From positions 4,417-68,416 of the forward strand of contig CAJWHS010000004.1 of NCBI GenBank assembly GCA_913041415.1: a stretch of 64,000 nt of DNA, written 5' to 3'. The translations under genes were made by a program, and so were the position numbers. This DNA is from an uncultured Acidimicrobiaceae bacterium. Lineage in GTDB: Bacteria > Actinomycetota > Acidimicrobiia > Acidimicrobiales > Aldehydirespiratoraceae. The notes under the pieces were generated by a model. It made no database searches and was not told the origin of the DNA. It saw nothing but the letters and a program-made list of their open reading frames with translations. Of this stretch, positions 37,136-46,654 are shown piece by piece. Numbering within the stretch: position 1 is the stretch's first letter; each line of letters opens with the position of its first letter.

Positions 37136-39274
37136 TCAGTCCTTCATGAGGTAGTCGGCGTCGTCGTCGCCGAGCAGCAGCTCCAGCTCGTCGTCGAGGC
37201 CGGGGTGGCGATCGAGTTCCTCGTCGGCATCGATGATCTCGATCGCGACCTGGCGGGCGGCGGCGACCCACTCTTTGTCCCGACGAAGCGAAGCGAGCTT
37301 GAGATCGTTCCGTCCCTTCTGACGCTCGCCCATGATCGTGCCTTCTCCCCGCAGGTCGAGATCTACTTCAGCAAGCTCGAAACCGTCGGTTGACGCAACG
37401 AGTGCCTCGAGTCGCGCCTCGCCGTCACTGGTCGACGGATCCCCGACGAGGAAGCAGCGGCTCGCATGCTGGCCTCGACCAACTCGACCACGAAGCTGAT
37501 GGAGCTGGGCGATCCCGAACCGATCGGCGTCGAGGATCACCATGACGGTGGCGTTCGGGACGTCGACACCGACCTCGATCACGGTGGTGGCGACGAGCAC
37601 GTCGAGGTCGCCGGCCCGGAAGTCGCCCATGACCAACGCTTTCTCCGCCGCCGTGATCCGACCATGGAGCAGCCCGAGCATCAAGTCCGACAGTTCGCTC
37701 GCCTTGAGTGCGGCGAAGGTGTCCTCGGCGGAACGAACATCAAGCGCCTCGGACTCGTCGATCAATGGGCATACGACATAGGCCTGCCGACCGGAGGCGA
37801 CCTCAGCTCGAACGACATCCCAAACGTCTTCCGCGGCGGCGTCATCACGAGCCCACTCGGTGACGATCGGTGTCCGGCCTGGTGGGAGTTCATCCAGCAC
37901 CGACACGTCGAGATCGCCGTAGACCGTCATCGCCGCAGTACGAGGGATCGGGGTGGCGGTCATGACCAGGACATCTGGCGCGTTGACGGCATTACCTTTT
38001 TCTCGCAGCGCAGCCCGTTGCTCGACACCGAAACGGTGTTGCTCATCGATGACGACGACCCCGAGGGCGGCGTATTCGACCTTTTCCTGGATCAGGGCGT
38101 GCGTGCCGATGGCGATGTCGACCTTGCCGGTGACCAGATCGGCAAGGATCTTCCGCCGCTCACCCGCCGCCACACGGTTCGTGAGCAGCTCGACCCGCAA
38201 CGGGCGCTCACCCATGAGCGTGGTCGGGTCAGGAACCGACAGGTCCCCGAGCATGGCAACGACGCCAGCGAGATGCTGTTCGGCCAGCACCTCGGTGGGC
38301 GCCATCAACGCCCCCTGATACCCACCCTGCACCGCCGTGAGGAGCGCATGCACCGCCACCAGTGTTTTGCCGGAACCAACATCGCCCTGGAGAAGACGAT
38401 GCATGGGCCGGGTGAGTTCGAGATCCGCACCGATCTCGCCAATCGCCCGTCGTTGGGCACTGGTGAGCGGGAACGGCAGCCGTTCGAGGAAGCGGTCGGT
38501 GAGCTCACCGGTAATCCCATGGGCGATACCCGCCGTCTCCCGCTCGATGCGGCGCTTCCGACGGACCAGTTCGAGTTGCACACGCAACAACTCGTCGAAC
38601 ACGAGCCGACGGCGGGCCTCAGCAACCTCGGCCATCGATTCGGGCTGATGAATGCCGAACACGGCGGCGGCGCGATCGACAAAGTCGAAACGGTCGAGCA
38701 CGCCATCGGGAACGGGGTCGTTGAGGCCGCGGGGTCGACATCTGGCGACCGCCTCCTCGACTAATCGGGCGAGGTCCTTGGTGAGGAGACCGGACTTTTC
38801 CGACTGGGGATACACGGCGATGATTCGGCCGGTCTGGTCACCCACGAGGTCGACGATCGGGCCGGTCATCTGACGCTGACCTTGGAACGTGTCGCACTTG
38901 CCGTGGACCAACACGCTCATGCCGGGGGTGAGCTGTTTCTCTCGCCATCGCTGATTGAAAAAGGTCAAGCGGAGCTGATCCCCACCGTCACCGATCACGA
39001 CTTCGGTGAGCGTGCGACGGCCCCGGAGCTGCCGGGTCCGGCTAGAGCGCACCTCACCAACGACCGTCGCCTCCTCGCCGGGTTGGAGATCGCCGATCGA
39101 TGCCTCTCTCGTGCGGTCGAGGTGACGTCGCGGGTAGTGCGTGAGGAGATCGAGGACGGTGCGGATCTCGGAACCGGCGAGAGCGGCATCCTTCTTGTCG
39201 CCGACACCGCGCAGGCGAGAGACAGGGATCTGGTCGAGATCCCGCAGGGTGAGTGGCGGATCGCCCTCTGGCAC
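37136..39274 (-). CDS. recG: ATP-dependent DNA helicase RecG
   Basis: Wedge/OB N-terminus, LLQGDVGSGKT, VIDEQHRFG, and GQLHQLRGRVGRG. Confidence 0.95.
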   Translation of the reverse strand: MPEGDPPLTLRDLDQIPVSRLRGVGDKKDAALAGSEIRTVLDLLTHYPRRHLDRTREASIGDLQPGEEATVVGEVRSSRTRQLRGRRTLTEVVIGDGGDQLRLTFFNQRWREKQLTPGMSVLVHGKCDTFQGQRQMTGPIVDLVGDQTGRIIAVYPQSEKSGLLTKDLARLVEEAVARCRPRGLNDPVPDGVLDRFDFVDRAAAVFGIHQPESMAEVAEARRRLVFDELLRVQLELVRRKRRIERETAGIAHGITGELTDRFLERLPFPLTSAQRRAIGEIGADLELTRPMHRLLQGDVGSGKTLVAVHALLTAVQGGYQGALMAPTEVLAEQHLAGVVAMLGDLSVPDPTTLMGERPLRVELLTNRVAAGERRKILADLVTGKVDIAIGTHALIQEKVEYAALGVVVIDEQHRFGVEQRAALREKGNAVNAPDVLVMTATPIPRTAAMTVYGDLDVSVLDELPPGRTPIVTEWARDDAAAEDVWDVVRAEVASGRQAYVVCPLIDESEALDVRSAEDTFAALKASELSDLMLGLLHGRITAAEKALVMGDFRAGDLDVLVATTVIEVGVDVPNATVMVILDADRFGIAQLHQLRGRVGRGQHASRCFLVGDPSTSDGEARLEALVASTDGFELAEVDLDLRGEGTIMGERQKGRNDLKLASLRRDKEWVAAARQVAIEIIDADEELDRHPGLDDELELLLGDDDADYLMKD

Positions 39275-39293
39275 GCCGTACCCTCCGAGCGGG

Positions 39294-40940
39294 CTACTCG
39301 AGCCCGAAGTAGTAGGGGTAGAGCGGTTGGCCGCCCTCGTGAACCTCGACCTCGACGTCCCCGTGATGCTCTTCAGCCCACGCCTCGATGCGGGCGGTGG
39401 TGTCGTCGTCGGCGCCTTCGCCGGCGATCACAGTGAGCAACTCGTGGTCGCGAGTGATCATGATGTTGAGCAGTTCGATTGCGGCTTCCGCCATGGTCGA
39501 CTGCACTGCGCAGATGCCCTCGCGGCGGATGCCGAGCCAGTCGCCGATGGCAATCGGGCCGGTGTCAGAGGTCGATTCGCGGACCGCTTGCGTGACTTCA
39601 CCAGCGAGCACACCCGATGCCACCTCGGCCATCGAGTCGGCGTTGGCCTCGGCCGTCGACTGCGGGTCGTAGGACATCAGGCTGGCGATGCCTTCGGCGA
39701 TGCCACAGGTCGGCACGACCCGGACGTTACGACTGGACTGGGCGTCGACCTGCTCCGCGACCGGGATGATGTTCTTGTTGTTCGGGAGGATGACGACCTC
39801 GGGTGCCGGAACCGACTCGACCGCCTGCACCAAGTCGGCGGTCGAGGGGTTCATCGACTGGCCACCGGTGACGACCGCGTGCACTCCCATAGACTTCAGG
39901 ATCGATACCACCCCGTCGCCAACCGCGACTGCCACGACGGCGGTGGGGACGGGCGGGCCTGACGGCTCAGGGTCACCGAGTTCACCCTTGACCCAATCCT
40001 CCTCGTGGGCGAGCCCTTCGAGCTCTTCGAGCAGGTCGGCAACTCGGATCTTGTGGGGTCGGCCCACGTCGATGCCACACTCGATTGCGGCGCCGATGTC
40101 GTCGCAATGGATATGGCAGTTGAAGATGCCGTCGCCGCCGACGACCACGATCGAGTCGCCGACCTCGGCCCACGCGGACTTGAAGCTCGGGATCGATTCG
40201 TCGGGCGCGTCAAGCAGGAACATGACCTCGTAGCGCAGGTCAGCAATCGAGGGTTCGTGATCGTCGCCATCGGGACGCTCCATCTCGAACTCCGGAGGCG
40301 CCTGCACATCGGGTTCGGGGAGCGCGCGTTCGTCGACAACATTGAGCGCCGCGTCGAGAAAGAGCAGGAAACCCGAACCGCCAGCGTCGACCACACCGGC
40401 ATCGGCGAGAACCTTGAGCAGGGTCGGTGTGCGCCGCAACGACTCGCCCCCTTCGGAGCGGGCGGCATCGAGGACGCCGACCAAATCAGCACCAGACTCG
40501 GCGGCAGCGACCGCAGCCTCACTCGACTCGCGCACGACGGTGAGGATGGTGCCTTCCACCGGGTTGCCAACAGCGCCGTACGCACCTTCGGCGGCAGCAG
40601 CGAGGGCCGAAGCGAACGCTGCGCCGTCGATCGATGTCGAATCGGCTACGGCGGCGGAGAAGCCGCGGAGGATCTGCGACATGATCACCCCGCTGTTGCC
40701 GCGGGCGCCCATGAGTGAGCCGTGGGCAATCGCCTTGCACGCCGATGCCATGTCGGCGTCGGCGCCGTCAAGCTCGTCAACGACCGAACGCAGGGTGAGC
40801 GACATGTTGGTGCCGGTATCGCCGTCGGGGACGGGGTACACGTTGAGGTTGTTCACCGCCTCGCGGTGGTCGACGAGCGCGTCGCGAAAGACGGTGACGA
40901 CCTGGCGGAGTGCAGCGGCATCGAGGACGTTCAGAGGCAC
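39294..40940 (-). CDS. yloV: DAK2 domain fusion protein YloV
   Basis: N-terminal Dak2-like region (VPDGDTGTNMSLTL, RGNSGVI) plus a DegV-like C-terminal half. Conserved position upstream of recG. TACGAT lies 8 nt upstream of the GTG. Confidence 0.85.
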   Translation of the reverse strand: MPLNVLDAAALRQVVTVFRDALVDHREAVNNLNVYPVPDGDTGTNMSLTLRSVVDELDGADADMASACKAIAHGSLMGARGNSGVIMSQILRGFSAAVADSTSIDGAAFASALAAAAEGAYGAVGNPVEGTILTVVRESSEAAVAAAESGADLVGVLDAARSEGGESLRRTPTLLKVLADAGVVDAGGSGFLLFLDAALNVVDERALPEPDVQAPPEFEMERPDGDDHEPSIADLRYEVMFLLDAPDESIPSFKSAWAEVGDSIVVVGGDGIFNCHIHCDDIGAAIECGIDVGRPHKIRVADLLEELEGLAHEEDWVKGELGDPEPSGPPVPTAVVAVAVGDGVVSILKSMGVHAVVTGGQSMNPSTADLVQAVESVPAPEVVILPNNKNIIPVAEQVDAQSSRNVRVVPTCGIAEGIASLMSYDPQSTAEANADSMAEVASGVLAGEVTQAVRESTSDTGPIAIGDWLGIRREGICAVQSTMAEAAIELLNIMITRDHELLTVIAGEGADDDTTARIEAWAEEHHGDVEVEVHEGGQPLYPYYFGLE

Positions 40941-41002
40941 GGCTTCGGATCGTACAAGGCCGACGTCGCCGGGGGGACCTTGACCGGGGTACGCTTCGCG
41001 CC

Positions 41003-41239
41003 ATGCAGGGTGTGATCAAGAGCTACGACCCCGGTACCGGCGACGGGGTGCTGATTGACGAGACCGACCTTCGTGAGATCGATATCGCCGAGAACGCCCT
41101 TGAGGGATCACTCTTCCGGATGCTGCGTCAGGGCCAGCGGGTGAACTTCGAACTCGACGACGCTGGCCGGGCCACGTCGCTCATGATCGGATCCGAGGCC
41201 GACATGGAGACGCCCGACCTCTCCGAGTACGACCTCTGA
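41003..41239 (+). CDS. small cold-shock-domain-like (OB-fold-like) protein lacking RNP aromatic motifs
   Basis: MQGVIKSYDPGTGDGVLIDETDLREIDIAENALEGSLFRMLRQGQRVNFELDD follows CSD spacing (G.IK.Y....G.G.I ... L..GQ.V.F) but has no FGFI/FVHF. TACGCT lies 7 nt upstream of the ATG. Confidence 0.55.
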   Translation: MQGVIKSYDPGTGDGVLIDETDLREIDIAENALEGSLFRMLRQGQRVNFELDDAGRATSLMIGSEADMETPDLSEYDL

Positions 41240-41476
41240 TCAGAGGTTGACGATCGGGCAGAGCAGGGTGCGCTCGACACCCTCGATCTTGCCGATGGCG
41301 TTCACCACCACCCCACCGAGAACGTCCATGTCGGTGGCCCTCGCCCGGGCAATCACGTCGTAGGGCCCCATGGCGACCTCTGCGGTGATGACTTGTGGCA
41401 GTGCGCCGGTTTCGCGGGCGACATCGGCGGCCGCGCCGACGGCAGCCTGGATCAAGATGTAGGCAGTGACAGCCAC
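41240..41476 (-). CDS. stand-alone Lrp/AsnC ligand-binding (RAM) domain protein
   Basis: 78 aa. AVTAYILIQAAVGAAADVARETGALPQVITAEVAMGPYDVIARARATDMDVLGGVV is a typical AsnC-type beta-alpha-beta-beta-alpha-beta domain without an HTH. GAAGAGG SD. Confidence 0.7.
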   Translation of the reverse strand: MAVTAYILIQAAVGAAADVARETGALPQVITAEVAMGPYDVIARARATDMDVLGGVVVNAIGKIEGVERTLLCPIVNL

Positions 41477-41596
41477 GACAGACCTCTTCTAGGTTGCGCT
41501 GGACGGCCGTTCGACAGACCATCGCGGAGAACGATACGTCCAATCGCGATTCGTGCACCGCTCTGGCTGGGTTAGCCCGTGCCAACGTTCTACGAT

Positions 41597-41618
41597 AAGT
41601 GAAACCTGTCTTTCACTT
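41597..41618. promoter_or_regulatory. inverted repeat AAGTGAAA-N6-TTTCACTT upstream of pckA (operator or 5'-UTR hairpin)
   Basis: Read directly. It follows TACGAT (41591-41596) immediately and lies about 65 nt before the pckA ATG. Confidence 0.4.
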
Positions 41619-41682
41619 GTCCACCTCGCGTGAGGCTTGCGGTGAACGACAAGGAACGCACTTCGCGAGCGGGGAGCTCCCC

Positions 41683-43347
41683 ATGACCATGACCGCCGAC
41701 ATCGCCACCCAGCTGGAGACCACCTTCGGTCTCGCGGGCGTCGAACTCCGCTACGGACTCAGCCAGGACGAACTGTTCCACGAGGCCATCGCTCACGACC
41801 GAGGCCGAATCGAGGTCGGCGGGCCCGACGACGCCCAGAAAGCCTTCGCCACCTCGCTCGGAGTCGACGGACCACTCGTCTACTTCTCCGACCCCGAGTG
41901 CACCGGCCGTCCAGTTAAGGACACCTTCTGTGTCGACCGACCCGGCACGACCGGCCGAGTCTGGTGGAAGAACGGCTTCGCCAAATTCGACGCCGCCGAC
42001 TTCGACGCCTTACTCCACCGAGTCATCGACCACCTCAACGAACGACAGCGCCACCTGTACGTCGCCGACGTCTTCTGCGGCTGGGATCCGACCTTCGCCG
42101 AGCCGTACCGATTCGTCGGCGAGTTCGCGACCCACGCCTACTTCTGCAACATCATGTTCCCGAAGGCCGTGCGTGAGGACAGCGACCGCGCCAAAGCCGG
42201 CTGGACTCTCATCAACGTGCCATCGTTCGAGTGCGTGCCCGAACGCGACGGCACCCGCAGCAACCGCGCCGTGATCATCGACATGGAGAACCGGGTGGGT
42301 CTCGTCCTCGGCCCGGCCGACTACTGCGGCGTGAACAAGAAGACCATGTTCACGATCATGAACTTCGTGCTGCCCGAGAAGGGCCAGCTCTCCATGCACT
42401 GCTCCGCCAACGTCGGGGATCGCGGCGACACCGCCATCCTCTTCGGGCTCTCCGGCACGGGCAAGACCACGCTGTCCGCCGACCCCGATCGGGAACTCAT
42501 CGGCGACGACGAGCACGTGTGGACCAACGCCGGCATCTCGAACTTCGAAGACGGCTGCTACGCCAAGCTCATTGATCTCGACAAGAGCGCCGAACCAGTG
42601 ATCGCCGCCGCCATGTCGATGAAGGGAACCCTGATCGAGAACGTACCCGCCCTACCCGGAAGGGCGATCGCCGACACCGATCCTCAGGAATTCGACCTCA
42701 CCGACGGCTCCATCACCGAGAACACCCGGTTCGCGTACCCGCTCGATACGAACCCGAACGTCCGTGAGGGAGCGGCCGGCCCGCACCCCGAGACGATCGT
42801 GCTGCTCACCGCCGATGCGTTCGGCGTGCTACCGCCTGTTTCGATCCTCGACGGCAACGAGACGATGTATCACTTCGTGATGGGCTTCACGTCCAAGCTC
42901 GCCGGCACCGAGGTCGGTGTCACCGAGCCCGAGCCGTCGTTTTCGTCGTGCTTCGGAGCGGCGTTCATGTCCCAGAAGCCCGCCGTCTATGCCGAGTTGC
43001 TCGCCAAGCGCATGGCCGAGAACAACACCCGGTGCATCATGCTCAACACGGGCTGGACCGGCGGCCCCTACGGCAAGGGTGAGCGCATGTCGTTGAAGGA
43101 CACCCGCGCCCTCCTGGATGCCGCGCTCGCCGGCGAATTCGACGGTGCCGATCTGCAGACCGAGCCGACGCTCGGCGTGAAGATGCCGATCACCTGCGCA
43201 ACGGTCGACGACACGATCCTCAACCCGCGGGATACGTGGGAAGATCCCGATGCCTACGACGAAGCTGCCGCTCGCCTTCGGGAGATGTTCCGTGAGAACT
43301 TCGCCAGGCAGAATTACGCCGAACTGGGGATCCAGCCGGCGATGTGA
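41683..43347 (+). CDS. pckA: phosphoenolpyruvate carboxykinase (ATP)
   Basis: GLSGTGKTTLSADP kinase-1a motif, IGDDEHVW, and NTGWTGGPYGKGERM. I trimmed the ORF to the ATG preceded by GGGGAG. Confidence 0.95.
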   Translation: MTMTADIATQLETTFGLAGVELRYGLSQDELFHEAIAHDRGRIEVGGPDDAQKAFATSLGVDGPLVYFSDPECTGRPVKDTFCVDRPGTTGRVWWKNGFAKFDAADFDALLHRVIDHLNERQRHLYVADVFCGWDPTFAEPYRFVGEFATHAYFCNIMFPKAVREDSDRAKAGWTLINVPSFECVPERDGTRSNRAVIIDMENRVGLVLGPADYCGVNKKTMFTIMNFVLPEKGQLSMHCSANVGDRGDTAILFGLSGTGKTTLSADPDRELIGDDEHVWTNAGISNFEDGCYAKLIDLDKSAEPVIAAAMSMKGTLIENVPALPGRAIADTDPQEFDLTDGSITENTRFAYPLDTNPNVREGAAGPHPETIVLLTADAFGVLPPVSILDGNETMYHFVMGFTSKLAGTEVGVTEPEPSFSSCFGAAFMSQKPAVYAELLAKRMAENNTRCIMLNTGWTGGPYGKGERMSLKDTRALLDAALAGEFDGADLQTEPTLGVKMPITCATVDDTILNPRDTWEDPDAYDEAAARLREMFRENFARQNYAELGIQPAM

Positions 43348-43360
43348 CCGGCGGCCGGGT

Positions 43361-43750
43361 TCACGCCGGGAACCACAGCACGAGGTAGGCGGCCCGGATA
43401 CCGAGCCCCATCAGCCACAAGCTGCCGAGACCGTACAGCAGGTAGGGACGGTCCTGCATGTAGCTGCGGTACGAGAAGATCATGCCGCACGACATGAACG
43501 CGACAAGCCCGTAGAGCAGGGGTTCGCCCGGTTCGATCGTGTCCTGCGCCTGAGCAGCCGCTGCGAAAACGACATGGGCGGCGATCACCGCTTGTGCGCT
43601 TCCGACGGCGTACCACAGCGACCGACGGCGAAGCCGTGCCTCGAGATGGGCGAGAAGCGCCCAGACCGCCACCAAACCGTTCGCAATGATCCAAGGCCAG
43701 ATCGAGACCTTGTACAGGTCGAGCATCACCGCATCCATCCCATCGATCAC
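43361..43750 (-). CDS. small integral membrane protein (4 predicted TM helices), function unknown
   Basis: Hydrophobic segments WPWIIANGLVAVWALLA, AVGSAQAVIAAHVVFAAAA, LLYGLVAFMSCGMIF and LLYGLGSLWLMGLGI. Last gene of the mcr / PIG-L string. Confidence 0.6.
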   Translation of the reverse strand: MIDGMDAVMLDLYKVSIWPWIIANGLVAVWALLAHLEARLRRRSLWYAVGSAQAVIAAHVVFAAAAQAQDTIEPGEPLLYGLVAFMSCGMIFSYRSYMQDRPYLLYGLGSLWLMGLGIRAAYLVLWFPA

Positions 43751-43759
43751 GGCATCGGG

Positions 43760-44587
43760 TCAGTCGAGCACGGCGTAGATGTCGTCGAGGTAGGGCTCAC
43801 CCTGCTGCGACGAGCCGAAGTGCACGTACCACTCCTGCCCGAACGCCACGGCAAAAGCATCGTCGGGCAACTTGAGAAAGATGGAGTCCTCGGTGATCTG
43901 AGACGCATGGGCGGCCATCGCCGCCTTCTTCTCGGCAACGACTCCGGTGACGTCGACTGCGTGGGTGATGTCGGCGGCCGGAGTGCCGAGATCCTGCTCA
44001 AGGAATTCGTTGCGCTCGGCATCGAGTTCATCAGCCGACAGATCGGCGTCCTCTGACATCTCGGCCCAGGCCGGATCCTCACCGAACGACTTCATCTGCT
44101 CGCGATTCATCGTCGACTCGAACACATGGGGCGTACTGGCGAGATCCGCAGCCCGCTTGCCGACTCGGTGAACCTGGATGTGATCGGGGTGGTTGTAGCC
44201 ACCGATCGGGTCGTAGATCGTGACGATATCCGCCTGCTCTTCGCGAAGGATCCGGGCGAGTCGCTCGGCCGCCTCCTCGACATCGGCCTGCCAGAAGCAG
44301 TCGGGATCGTCGTTGGTCGGGGTGTTCTCCATCCCGGAGTCCTTGTAGCCGAGAAACTCGAGCCGGCTGACCAAAAGCGCGTCGGCGGCTGCCACCAACT
44401 CACGTGCTCGGACATCAGCGAGGGTCTCGCCCTCGGGAATCATGTCGGGATCGGCCTCGCCCACGGAGCCGTCGGTAGCGCACACCAGCACGATCCGATG
44501 CCCGCGTCGGGCACCGATCACCATCGTGCCGCCGGTAGCAATCGCCTCGTCGTCGGGGTGGGCGTGAAAGAAGACCGCAGTCGCCAT
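43760..44587 (-). CDS. PIG-L/LmbE family deacetylase
   Basis: VFFHAHPDDEAIATGG and YNHPDHIQVH zinc-binding motifs. The ATG directly abuts the upstream stop. Confidence 0.85.
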   Translation of the reverse strand: MATAVFFHAHPDDEAIATGGTMVIGARRGHRIVLVCATDGSVGEADPDMIPEGETLADVRARELVAAADALLVSRLEFLGYKDSGMENTPTNDDPDCFWQADVEEAAERLARILREEQADIVTIYDPIGGYNHPDHIQVHRVGKRAADLASTPHVFESTMNREQMKSFGEDPAWAEMSEDADLSADELDAERNEFLEQDLGTPAADITHAVDVTGVVAEKKAAMAAHASQITEDSIFLKLPDDAFAVAFGQEWYVHFGSSQQGEPYLDDIYAVLD

Positions 44588-45730
44588 CTACGCGACGCTA
44601 CCGGCCTCGCGCAGCGCCGCGATCTCCTCAGCGGAGTACCCCAGATCGGCAAGCAGTTCATCGGTGTGCTGGCCGGCGTGAGCGGGCGGACGTTGAATCT
44701 CGGAGTCGGTGCGAGAGAAGCGAGGCGCCGGCCGTGGCTGTGTCACACCGTTGCGCTCGACGAATGTGTGCCGGGCAATGTTGTGCGGGTGCTGCGGGGC
44801 CTCCGACATCGACAACACCGGGGCAAAGCAGATGTCGGTGTGCTCCATGATCTCGCACCACTCGTCGCGGGTCTTCTCTTTGAAACGCGCCGTGAGTTCG
44901 GCCTTGAGGTCAGGCCATGCGGAGCGGCTCATCTGCTGATCCCAGACGGGGTCGGTGAGCCCCATCTTCTCCCGCAAGACTGTGTAGAACTGTGGCTCGA
45001 TCGAGCCGATCGAAACGAAGTTGCCGTCGGCACACTCGTAGACGTCGTAGAAGTGGGCGCCCGTGTCGAGCAGGTTGGTGCCGCGCTCGTCATTCCAGAT
45101 ACCCATCGCCCGAAAGCCGTGGAAGAAGGTCATCAGCGACGCGGCACCGTCGACCATCGCGGCATCGACGACTTGGCCCTCGCCCGATGATCGGGCTTCA
45201 AGGATCGCGCACACCATGCCGAAGGCGAGGTACATGCCGCCACCGCCGAAGTCGCCGACGAGGTTGAGCGGCGGAACCGGGGCCTCGCCCTGCCGGCCCA
45301 TCGACTCGAGGGCGCCTGCGAGGGCGATGTAGTTGATGTCATGGCCGGCGGCCTGCGCATACGGGCCTTCCTGGCCCCAGCCGGTCATCCGGCCGTAGAC
45401 GAGGCAAGGGTTTCGCGCAAGGCAGTCGTCGGGGCCGACACCGAGACGCTCGGTGACCCCAGGCCGGAAGCCCTCGATCAGGCCGTCGGCGGACTCGACG
45501 AGCCTCATCACGGTCTCGATGCCCTCGGAGGACTTCATGTCGACGCCGATCGAGCGACGGCCGCGCAACATGACGTCGGCCGGGGGCACATCGGGATCAC
45601 CGCCTCGAACGGCAGAGGATCGCTCGACGCGGATCACGTCAGCGCCCATGTCGGCCAGCATCATGGCGCAGAACGGGCCAGGGCCGATGCCCGCCAACTC
45701 GATGATGCGTACTCCGGAAAGGGGTCCCAT
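44588..45730 (-). CDS. family III CoA-transferase, alpha-methylacyl-CoA racemase-like
   Basis: MGPLSGVRIIELAGIGPGPFCAMMLADMGADVIRVER... and GHDINYIALAGAL. GGAGGA SD with TAGGGT further upstream. Confidence 0.85.
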   Translation of the reverse strand: MGPLSGVRIIELAGIGPGPFCAMMLADMGADVIRVERSSAVRGGDPDVPPADVMLRGRRSIGVDMKSSEGIETVMRLVESADGLIEGFRPGVTERLGVGPDDCLARNPCLVYGRMTGWGQEGPYAQAAGHDINYIALAGALESMGRQGEAPVPPLNLVGDFGGGGMYLAFGMVCAILEARSSGEGQVVDAAMVDGAASLMTFFHGFRAMGIWNDERGTNLLDTGAHFYDVYECADGNFVSIGSIEPQFYTVLREKMGLTDPVWDQQMSRSAWPDLKAELTARFKEKTRDEWCEIMEHTDICFAPVLSMSEAPQHPHNIARHTFVERNGVTQPRPAPRFSRTDSEIQRPPAHAGQHTDELLADLGYSAEEIAALREAGSVA

Positions 45731-45800
45731 GGCGTCCTCCGTCAGGCTGCGAACGGTCGGGACCCTAGCCCTCCCGTCCGACGCCAGGCGAAGCCGTCGG

Positions 45801-46631
45801 TCAACCCTCGAAGGTACGGGCGGTGAGGACGGTCATCGCCTCCACCAGCGGCGGCCAGACCTGATACACGAAGTCATGGGACATGCCCTCGATCTCGAGG
45901 AACTCCGCACCGGGGATCAGTTCTGCAGTGCGTCGGCCGTGCTCGATCGATAGGAGCGTATCGTTCTCACCGTGGACGATCAGCGCCGGAACGTCGAGCG
46001 CTCGCAAGCCGTCGACCCGGCTCGGGCTGCGCAGCGCAGCCTCGAGTTGCCGCATGCCGCCGCCGGGTACGAACGCCCGATGGTGAAGTTCGGTGAAGAA
46101 CACCCGGAGTTGGTCGACGTCGTGCCACTCGGGGTTGGCCCAGAGCTTGCGAGCGGCCGTATCGGCTTCGATCTGCTCCGCCGTCGTTTCCTTCGACGGT
46201 GCCGTCAGCGCAGCGAGGACCTCGTCGGACGCAACCGGCAGGTCAGGCTCACCGGTGGTGGAGGCGAGCGAAACGAGCGCCCGCACCCGCTTAGGGTGAT
46301 CGACCGCGAGCTGCTGGGCGATCATGCCGCCAAGTGACAGACCGAGCACAACAGCGGTGTCGACACCGACGTCGTCGAGTACAGCGACGACGTCGCCGGC
46401 CATGTCGGAGAGCGTGTACTCGTCGTGGTCTGCGGTGATCGACGACAAACCGGCATCACGGTTGTCCATCCGGATCACGAAGAAACCTCGGTCGACGAGA
46501 GCCATGCAGAACTCCTCGGGATAGATGAGAAGCTGGTATCCCATGCCAGGCAGACAGACGACGACGGGATCGTCCTGGATTCCGAACGCTTCGTAGTACA
46601 ACTCGATCGCATCGTTCATCACCGCGGGCAT
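45801..46631 (-). CDS. alpha/beta hydrolase
   Basis: GLSLGGMIAQ nucleophile elbow and a C-terminal ...GMSHDF... His. TAGTGT lies 6 nt upstream of the ATG. Confidence 0.8.
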   Translation of the reverse strand: MPAVMNDAIELYYEAFGIQDDPVVVCLPGMGYQLLIYPEEFCMALVDRGFFVIRMDNRDAGLSSITADHDEYTLSDMAGDVVAVLDDVGVDTAVVLGLSLGGMIAQQLAVDHPKRVRALVSLASTTGEPDLPVASDEVLAALTAPSKETTAEQIEADTAARKLWANPEWHDVDQLRVFFTELHHRAFVPGGGMRQLEAALRSPSRVDGLRALDVPALIVHGENDTLLSIEHGRRTAELIPGAEFLEIEGMSHDFVYQVWPPLVEAMTVLTARTFEG

Positions 46632-46637
46632 GGACCC

Positions 46638-46647
46638 ACACTAGGTT
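46638..46647. promoter_or_regulatory. two overlapping divergent -10 hexamers (minus TAGTGT 46643-46638, plus TAGGTT 46642-46647) sharing a CTAG core
   Basis: Read directly. The start codons of the two divergent genes (46631 and 46655) are only 23 nt apart. Confidence 0.45.
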
Positions 46648-46654
46648 GCGACCC

